Source: Cetorhinus maximus (taxonomy: Eukaryota). Taken from it: DNA of 64,000 nt. The stretch spans positions 16,864,001 to 16,928,000 of the forward strand of contig NC_135887.1 of the NCBI RefSeq assembly GCF_964194155.1, written 5' to 3'. Position 1 is the stretch's first letter. Each line of letters begins with the position of its first letter. Under the pieces are notes generated by a model that saw nothing but the letters and a program-made list of their open reading frames with translations, had not been told where the DNA came from and did not search any database. Shown piece by piece: positions 63,581 through 64,000 of this stretch. Position numbers and translations under genes: made by a program.

Positions 63581-64000
63581 ACAGTTGCCCTCAATGCTTT
63601 TGTTTAATTGAAAAAGGCTCAACGATTGGACATGTTCTATCTGCTTACAGAGGACAGGGCCCTGCAAATGAATATACGTATCTTCTAGCAAGCGTAAGGG
63701 AGCAACACTGTGAGCACAACTGATAATCTTAAATTGATTGTTAGTGTAATTCTTAGCACACTCAGGATTGTTCAGTAAGTGCTGTCCAATTGTGGAAGGA
63801 CATCTAATGCTGGATACTATGTTCTGAGTTTTGCAAGTGGGCTGGTTGAGTATGGTGCATTCCCCATGCAATGTTTCGATTAATCAGAGTCAGCTTGCTT
63901 TTTTTGAGTTTAAACAAAAGCTCGGGGGGGATAACTGTTTCTTGGTGTATTCTCCATGGCAACACCTCAACCAATCAGAGTCCGCTTGCGAACCAATCAG

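Larger units (their letters stand above)
63228..64000 (-). mobile_element. Penelope-like retroelement 3' end / pseudo-LTR with an inverted partner
   Basis: ORF 63521-63871 STIGQHLLNNPECAKNY..FKII..LRLLEDTYIH..GPVLCKQ resembles the C-terminal half of a PLE GIY-YIG endonuclease; hammerhead at the end; inverted copy at 63880-64000. Confidence 0.85.

Overview
This is eukaryotic, repeat-rich DNA, not prokaryotic. The repeat content (CR1/HER1-type, L2 and RTE LINE ends, DeuSINE/SacSINE1-like and other tRNA-SINEs, Penelope-like pieces) points to a cartilaginous fish, probably a shark. The window lies inside the Musashi-2 gene (MSI2) on the + strand. Three short coding exons, none correctly framed in the ORF track, can be read by hand. 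These are 9614-9688 ([25 protein letters not shown]), an alternative last exon 17601-17641 (DCFQISQDIIFIN*), and 62299-62358 ([20 protein letters not shown]). The last exon has a second in-frame donor at 62415 that adds an RG/RGG-rich peptide. The rest is intron, including a ~52.6 kb intron (9689-62298) filled with decayed and nested TEs, a family of GGG..CCC-ended 3-bp-TSD MITEs, Penelope-derived minimal hammerhead ribozyme remnants, TE-free CNE-like islands and a 195-nt assembly gap. I found no convincing wholly new biological system. The most interesting signals are the MSI2 isoform switches and the PLE hammerheads. TE boundaries are approximate, and family names come from recognition rather than a database search.
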